Below, one piece after another: positions 41,016 to 46,888 of a stretch of 46,888 bases of DNA. The stretch comes from Pseudomonadota bacterium (lineage in GTDB: Bacteria; Bdellovibrionota; FAC87; UBA2466). Under the pieces are notes generated by a model, which searched no databases, was not told the origin of the DNA, and saw only the letters and a list, made by a program, of their open reading frames with translations. The position numbers and the translations under genes were made by a program. Positions within the stretch are counted from its first letter, which is position 1. The number at the start of each line of letters is the position of its first letter. The stretch covers positions 1 to 46,888 of the forward strand of contig JAYSWN010000205.1 of NCBI GenBank assembly GCA_043718025.1, read 5' to 3'.

Positions 41016-42785
41016 ATGGCCCGATTAAATTCTTTAGCGATTAGTCTTTTACTAAGCGTGATGCTCGCAGCCTTTACCGTGCAGGCCGCAGACCGCAAAA
41101 CGGCGCCGCAAAAAAAAGCTGCCGAAGAAAAGGTGGAGGTGGCGCCAGAAGACGGTGCGACTGCAAATCTGAATTACATTAAAGCCCGCGAACGGGTGCT
41201 GGACGGAAAATACGAAGAAGCCCTTCCTCTGCTCGAAGAGGCAATTAAAAGCGATGCCGACAATGCGACGTTAAACCATCAGCTGGCTGAGGTATTACTT
41301 CGCCTTTCCCAATTCGAAAAAGCCGAAGGGTACGCGAAATTAGCCGTAACCCGAGAACCCAAGAACAACGAATTTCGTGCAACTTTTGGCGGTATCCTCG
41401 CGTCGCAAAAAAAGTACCCGGAGGCCAAAGAACAGTACGCCGCCATTATAGAAAATGACCCTGACAATATTAAAGCGCCTTTGCTATTGGGCATTGTCGA
41501 GGCTGAAAGCGGCCAAGCTGAAGCCGGCGTGGCGGTCTTGACCAAAGCGTACGAAAAAAATAACGACAACTACATGGCGCTCTTCTACCGCGCCAAAATT
41601 AATCTTGAAGCTGAAAATGCTGAAAGTGCGAAGGTGGACCTAGATAAATGTTTGACTCTCCACCCCAGTTTTGTCGAAGCCGGAACCGCCTTGGGTCTGT
41701 TGCACGAAAAGCTGGGAGAAAGCGACCTGGCGATTCGTGCGTATAGCCGCATTCAGGGGAGTGGCCGTTACAAAAAGCGACTGGCCCAGCTCTATCTACA
41801 GAAAAACGAATATGAAAAAGCGCTGAATGAGCTCTCCGAATATGAAAAGGTCGAGCCGGATGATTACACCGCGCGCGTAAAAGTTGGGCTCATTCACTTC
41901 GAATTAAAACAGTACGATCTCGCCATTTCGCGATTTCAAGAAATTTTGAAGGAACAACCTTCGGCCGACAATGTGCGGTTCTATTTGGGCGCCGTTTACG
42001 AGGAGGCCAAACAATATGGGCTAGCCCTCGACCAGCTTAAAAAAGTGACCAAAGAGTCTTCGTTTTATAAGGAGGCCTCAATTCATTTGGGTTTCATCTA
42101 TCGCGAAAAGGGGAACTTTAAAGAAGGCATTGAGTTGGGACGTAAGCTGGTAAAAGTAAATCCCGAGGTGGTGGAGTTTTGGGATCTGTATGCTTCGTTT
42201 TACGAAAGTCTGAAAGAGTATAAAAAAGCGTTGGTCGTTCTGAATGACGGTTTGAAGAAGCACGTTAACGACGAAAAGTTGCTCTACTTTCAAGGGGCAA
42301 TTTACGAAAAATTAAATGAGCGCCCTAAAGCTATCGAGAACATGAAAAAGATTTTGTCTAAGAATGAAAATAGCGCGCACGCATTGAATTTTTTGGGCTA
42401 CACCTACACCGAGCAAGGGGAGAAGTTGGACGAAGCAGAAATGATGATTCGCAAAGCCGTCACCCTCCGCCCGAATGACGGGTTTATTCAAGATTCATTG
42501 GGATGGGTACTTTTTCGTCGCGGTAAAATTGATGAGGCGCAAGTGCAGTTAGAAAAAGCACTTGTCATTCAGCCCGACGAGCCGGTGATTTTGGATCATT
42601 TAGGGGATTTATATTCGGCTAAAGCTGACTACGTTAAAGCTGCCAACTTCTATAAAATGGCCGTGGCTTTTGCCAAAAAAGACAAAGATCTTCTCAAAAA
42701 AGTAACCACCAAACTTGCCACGATGGAAAAACGGGTAAGAGTTCCGACCAACACCGATGAAGCTAAAACAGCCGTAAAGCCCTAG
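41016..42785 (+). CDS. Exported tetratricopeptide-repeat protein
   Basis: Signal peptide (VQA-AD), many TPRs, C-terminal ALNFLGY...DSLGWV...ILDHLGD; start placed at ATG 41016. Confidence 0.9.
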   Translation: MARLNSLAISLLLSVMLAAFTVQAADRKTAPQKKAAEEKVEVAPEDGATANLNYIKARERVLDGKYEEALPLLEEAIKSDADNATLNHQLAEVLLRLSQFEKAEGYAKLAVTREPKNNEFRATFGGILASQKKYPEAKEQYAAIIENDPDNIKAPLLLGIVEAESGQAEAGVAVLTKAYEKNNDNYMALFYRAKINLEAENAESAKVDLDKCLTLHPSFVEAGTALGLLHEKLGESDLAIRAYSRIQGSGRYKKRLAQLYLQKNEYEKALNELSEYEKVEPDDYTARVKVGLIHFELKQYDLAISRFQEILKEQPSADNVRFYLGAVYEEAKQYGLALDQLKKVTKESSFYKEASIHLGFIYREKGNFKEGIELGRKLVKVNPEVVEFWDLYASFYESLKEYKKALVVLNDGLKKHVNDEKLLYFQGAIYEKLNERPKAIENMKKILSKNENSAHALNFLGYTYTEQGEKLDEAEMMIRKAVTLRPNDGFIQDSLGWVLFRRGKIDEAQVQLEKALVIQPDEPVILDHLGDLYSAKADYVKAANFYKMAVAFAKKDKDLLKKVTTKLATMEKRVRVPTNTDEAKTAVKP

Positions 42786-42842
42786 TCTCTCCGGTAAGAT
42801 ATTGAACCTTACAAAATGCCGTCCGAGGACTAGAATTCGCCG

Positions 42843-43547
42843 ATGGATTCATTGCGATTTCGATTTTCCGATTTCTTTCGGGGGCGCGTCAGTGAGCTGA
42901 AGCGGCTTTTGCCGTCGCTACCCGATCCCATTTTTGTTACCCCACTCGCCAAGGAATTGGGACCGGTTTTACCTTATTTAACTGGCGATATTTTGAATGC
43001 GGGATGCGGGAGAGTTGATTTACGCGCGTTACTAAATCCAACCCAAGTAAGCTCACTTGAAAATTGCGATTGCTCAGTCCAACCTCAATCGTCTTTCTTC
43101 CTTTGCGACCTCAAAAATGTTCCTCGCGCCGCTATGAGCTACGATAGCATTCTCTGTAACGCGGTGCTCGAACACACCGAAGATCCGGAAGCCGTGATGG
43201 GTGAGCTGCACCGTTTGCTTCGCCCCGGCGGTACCATGGTTTTGACGGTTCCCTTTTTGCAGCCATTTCATTCCTCCCCTCACGACTATACCCGCTACAC
43301 CAGGCTTGGTTTAACGAGCTTGGCGGAACGACACAAATTCCAGGTGGTGGAAATCAATAGCTGCCACTCATTTTTCCAAATGGTGGGGTGGGTATTTTGG
43401 GAAAGTTTAAGGGAGCGGCGCCGCTACCTATTGCTTCTGCTCATGTGGATTCCGTTGAGGCTCGGCTCGTGGCTATCTCGGTTTGAACGGAGTGACCAAC
43501 GGCGCAACGCCAGTGCGTTTCAAGCCGTGCTGAAACGAAGGCCGTAG
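42843..43547 (+). CDS. Class I SAM-dependent methyltransferase
   Basis: LNAGCG, YDSILCNAVLEH, RLLRPGG, VPFLQPFH..PHDYTRYT. Confidence 0.88.
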   Translation: MDSLRFRFSDFFRGRVSELKRLLPSLPDPIFVTPLAKELGPVLPYLTGDILNAGCGRVDLRALLNPTQVSSLENCDCSVQPQSSFFLCDLKNVPRAAMSYDSILCNAVLEHTEDPEAVMGELHRLLRPGGTMVLTVPFLQPFHSSPHDYTRYTRLGLTSLAERHKFQVVEINSCHSFFQMVGWVFWESLRERRRYLLLLLMWIPLRLGSWLSRFERSDQRRNASAFQAVLKRRP

Positions 43548-43656
43548 ACGGTAGAGTGCGGAATTTTAGTGCAATCAAGCGTTGACGCCGAAATGAGCTT
43601 ACTGATATCTGGACAACCTTGGCGGGAAGGCTTCTTGGGGGGATTTACGGGTTTTT

Positions 43657-46521
43657 GTGCCAGATCTTGTCAGTAGATTATTTGCTTTAACCATCTTTCT
43701 CCTCTCTCTGACCTCAACTTCCGCGCTCTTTGCGGGGACTGCAACGAATGACTCAGCTCCCGAAGTTTCCCAACCTGCCGAACCGGATCGAAAAGCAAGC
43801 CAACAATCGTCATGCCCCGGCCGGTTGGCGCGGTATGTAAAATTGGTAAGCGAGAAGCTTTTTAATCCGCCAATGACGTTATTTTTTAAAGGATTGCTTA
43901 GCACGCGTTACGACATCACCACCGAAGGGTTAAATGAAATTGACGTGGGCCAAGGCGGCATTCTCTTTTTGCCGAACCACCCCGGCTATACGGATCCGGC
44001 CATTCAATACACGAACCTGTACTGGCGGTTTAAAGCTCAACCAGTTGGTTACGAAGATGAAGTGAACCGCAAAGGCATCTTTGGGTTACTCATCCGCCGC
44101 ACCAACCCACTTTCGGTGCCAAAAATCGAAGCGGCTGACGCTGAACAGGGGGTGGAAAATCTGGCCCATTCGATTGCGGACGCATTGAGAGAAGGGCGCA
44201 ATATTTTGATGTACCCTGAAGGGCAGCTGTCCAGGACGCCTCCCGATCTAAATGGCAAGAGCCTGGTCGAGCGAATTCTCAAAATTTACCCGCAGGCTCG
44301 CATTGTCCTTTCGCAGATGAACGGCCACTTAGGCAGCTCGTCGGGGGCAGTGGTTACGGGTGATTTTCCGGATTTGGGCACGTTGCTGCCTCGCCGAATG
44401 ATGGATCTGGCGGCCGCTGGTCTCTTTTTCATGCCGAAGCGGCCTATTCACGTCAAATACCTTGAAGTTACTGCCGATTTTCCGCGCACCGGCACCCGAC
44501 AACAGATCACCGACTACTTAGGCCAGTACTACCGCGACGGACTACTGCCGCCTCGCTACGTGCGTTATCGCAATTCAGAACCCAATCGCATTATTGATCT
44601 ACCTTATCCGGCAATGCCGGTAACTTCAGTCAGTGACACCGTGGCTGACGTTTCCGCTGACGTGAGAAAGAAGGTCATCGACAAAATCAGCGAGCTGACT
44701 GGGGTGGCTGCGCCGAAGGATGGCGATGATCTTGCCGCCACGCTTGGGATGGATAGCTTGGATCAGCAGTCGTTAAACCTGTGGATCGAAACAGAGTTCA
44801 AAACGAGGAACAATGCCCCCATTAAAACCGTTACCGAAGCGCTATTGGTAGCTTCTGGCAAACAGGCGACCACGGGTACGCGCGTTCGGCCACCCAGTGG
44901 GCCTTGGGTGCGGGACCAGGGAAAAGGTGACCGGCTGATGTTGCCGGCAGAAGCCACCGATCTGCTCGCCGCCTTTCGCTACCAAGTGGCGAATCACCCT
45001 GACCAAGTCATCGTTACCGATGAGACCTCGGGCCCAAAGACTTATCGCGATCTTGCGCTGGCCATTCGTTTAATGGTGCCGCGGTTTAAAAAGTTGGAAG
45101 GGCAATATATTGGCGTTTTGCTACCGGGTTCGGTTGGCGAAGTGGTGGCGTACTATTCTTTGCTTTTCGCCGGAAAAACCCCGGTGGTCATCAATTTTAC
45201 GGCGGGCGAGGCCAAGGTGAAGTGGTCGCTAGATTCACTAGCGTGCAAGTCCATCGTCACCTCACGAACTTTCTTAGATAGGCTAAGGGACACAAAAGGC
45301 ATTTCTTTCGACACGCTGGAAGATCGGTTTCTTACGTTTGAAAGGGTGCGCGAAGGCATCACGGCCAGTGAACAATTGATGGCGCTGCTGTGGAGCGAAA
45401 AACGCGGTTTTTGGCAGGATCTTCCGCACCCGAACCTCGGCCCTAAATCCCAATCGGTGGTGCTATTCACCAGTGGGTCTAAGTCCAACCCCAAAGCCGT
45501 ACCGTACACTCATGAAATGGAGACGGTCAGTATTGGGGACGTGGCTATCCGCTTAGCGCTCACCGATCGCGATAGGCTGATGAGTATTGCCCCGCCCTTT
45601 CACTCTTTGGGTCATCGTTTGATGACCACCGGCGTGTCTTTACGGATTCCTCAGGTCTTTCACACCGATCCAACGGACGGAGCTACGATCGCAAAAATCT
45701 CGGAAATGTATCGGCCCACCCTCATCGTCGGCACCCCGACATTTTTACGGGGAATAGCTTGGTCTGCCGAAGGAGATCAGCTTGATTCTTACCGCGTGGC
45801 GGTGGTGGGCGCCGAAAAGCTTACCGATGACGTCATCGACATTTTAGCCGCGAAAGCAAAAAACATGGTTGTGCTCGAGGGCTACGGTCTTACCGAGTTG
45901 GCGCCCACGGTCTGCGTGAATCCTGCCGAGGCCCCACGACGTGGTTCAATTGGCACGGCGTTAGACTCAGTAATCATTCGTATCGTTGACCCCGATAATT
46001 TTGCAATTGAGAGACCCGTGGGCGCCAATGGCATGATGCTGGTTGCCGCAAAGGATCCGGCGCGTAGCAGTGTGATGAGCGGGTATCTAAATTACGACGG
46101 TACGCAGCCTTTTGTTGTTATCGATGGGGTGCGGTGGTTCGTGACTGGCGACTTGATCGAACGGCTACCCGATGGCTATTACAAGTTTATTTCCCGCTTG
46201 GAGAGGTCGATTAAAATCGGTGGAGAGATGGTGCCTTTAGATGGTTTGGAAGAGACGTTGCAGACGCAGCCACTTTTCATTTCTGGCGACGTTAACGGGG
46301 GCCAAACCGTGGCCATCGAAGCCACGGCCGTAGACGTTAACCCAGAATTGGTTTTGTTTACGACGGTAAAGGACGTCACTCCGGAAATCGTCAATCCGCT
46401 GCTTCGGGCGGCGGGGTGGAGCAAGACGTTTAAGATTTCGAAAATAATTTGGGTCGCAGAAATCCCCCAACTGGGTACCGGAAAAATTAACCGTAATCCA
46501 CTACGTGAGTTGCTTAAATAA
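43657..46521 (+). CDS. Aas-like multidomain protein: acyltransferase (PlsC-type) + ACP + AMP-binding acyl synthetase, with N-terminal signal-like peptide
   Basis: NHPGYTDP and YPEG (acyltransferase), LGMDSL (phosphopantetheine Ser), FTSGSKSNPK, EGYGLTE, TGD, KIGGE, LGTGK (adenylation). Confidence 0.88.
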   Translation: MPDLVSRLFALTIFLLSLTSTSALFAGTATNDSAPEVSQPAEPDRKASQQSSCPGRLARYVKLVSEKLFNPPMTLFFKGLLSTRYDITTEGLNEIDVGQGGILFLPNHPGYTDPAIQYTNLYWRFKAQPVGYEDEVNRKGIFGLLIRRTNPLSVPKIEAADAEQGVENLAHSIADALREGRNILMYPEGQLSRTPPDLNGKSLVERILKIYPQARIVLSQMNGHLGSSSGAVVTGDFPDLGTLLPRRMMDLAAAGLFFMPKRPIHVKYLEVTADFPRTGTRQQITDYLGQYYRDGLLPPRYVRYRNSEPNRIIDLPYPAMPVTSVSDTVADVSADVRKKVIDKISELTGVAAPKDGDDLAATLGMDSLDQQSLNLWIETEFKTRNNAPIKTVTEALLVASGKQATTGTRVRPPSGPWVRDQGKGDRLMLPAEATDLLAAFRYQVANHPDQVIVTDETSGPKTYRDLALAIRLMVPRFKKLEGQYIGVLLPGSVGEVVAYYSLLFAGKTPVVINFTAGEAKVKWSLDSLACKSIVTSRTFLDRLRDTKGISFDTLEDRFLTFERVREGITASEQLMALLWSEKRGFWQDLPHPNLGPKSQSVVLFTSGSKSNPKAVPYTHEMETVSIGDVAIRLALTDRDRLMSIAPPFHSLGHRLMTTGVSLRIPQVFHTDPTDGATIAKISEMYRPTLIVGTPTFLRGIAWSAEGDQLDSYRVAVVGAEKLTDDVIDILAAKAKNMVVLEGYGLTELAPTVCVNPAEAPRRGSIGTALDSVIIRIVDPDNFAIERPVGANGMMLVAAKDPARSSVMSGYLNYDGTQPFVVIDGVRWFVTGDLIERLPDGYYKFISRLERSIKIGGEMVPLDGLEETLQTQPLFISGDVNGGQTVAIEATAVDVNPELVLFTTVKDVTPEIVNPLLRAAGWSKTFKISKIIWVAEIPQLGTGKINRNPLRELLK

Positions 46522-46530
46522 AATTGGGGC

Positions 46531-46887
46531 TCATGCGCTTTCAACCCATTCGCTGAAGGCATTAACGCTGTAAAATTGGTGATCGGCTTGCTGGCATGGG
46601 TCTATTTCCCAGTAGGTGTGCCAACTGGCGCGCACGGAACGGGCGGTTACGCTTTTAGCCCCGAGTACGTCGTGCTCGTGATCGCCCACCATGGTTACGA
46701 TCGCGGTTTCACACGCAAAAGTTTCAAGAATGCGCTTCAGCCCTTCGGGATGGGGTTTGCGATCGGTCACGCAGCTACCCGATACAAAGGCGTCAAAATA
46801 GTCGCGTAGGCCACTGTGCTTTAAGATCAGTTCGGCCGAGGGAAAATCGCGGTTAGTCCACACCGCCATTTGCGCGCCGCGCGCCTT
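46531..46887 (-). CDS. HAD-superfamily hydrolase (phosphoglycolate phosphatase-like), 5' end outside the window
   Basis: WTNR (motif II), KPHPEG (motif III), MVGDHEHD (motif IV); frame stays open to the window edge. Confidence 0.88.
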   Translation of the reverse strand, partial: KARGAQMAVWTNRDFPSAELILKHSGLRDYFDAFVSGSCVTDRKPHPEGLKRILETFACETAIVTMVGDHEHDVLGAKSVTARSVRASWHTYWEIDPCQQADHQFYSVNAFSEWVESA

Positions 46888-46888
46888 T

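Overview
A gene-dense bacterial chromosomal window of roughly 50% GC. Gene content (pilG/H/I/D-type cluster, TonB_2-type transducer, CHASE2 kinase, sigma54 activator) suggests a Bdellovibrionota/Myxococcota-like deltaproteobacterial organism; this is inferred, not shown. About 38 CDS are supported: exbB/exbD, a K+-independent H+-pyrophosphatase, a coupled pilG-pilH-pilI-pilD-galE operon, pepA, groES/groEL divergent from dnaK-eno, an rRNA-modification cluster, a stand-alone rplC, guaB-guaA, a TonB-dependent receptor with a beta-propeller lipoprotein, Nfu, DsbD-like, ABC1 kinase, TPR and Aas-like genes. I saw no rRNA, tRNA, CRISPR or transposase. The best candidate for an undescribed system is at 25.4-32.6 kb. 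There a luciferase-like monooxygenase is coupled to an in-frame fusion of a class 3 (Rhizobium-type) asparaginase domain with kynurenine formamidase KynB. This unit faces tryptophan 2,3-dioxygenase, which sits behind a CHASE2 kinase and sigma54 activator, and no kynureninase is present in the window. Other leads are a signal-peptide-bearing acyltransferase-ACP-acyl synthetase, an 11-bp TGGTACCA motif shared by a sigma54 promoter and the activator's upstream region, and repeated leaderless-type promoters. All calls come from visual motif recognition; no database searches were run.
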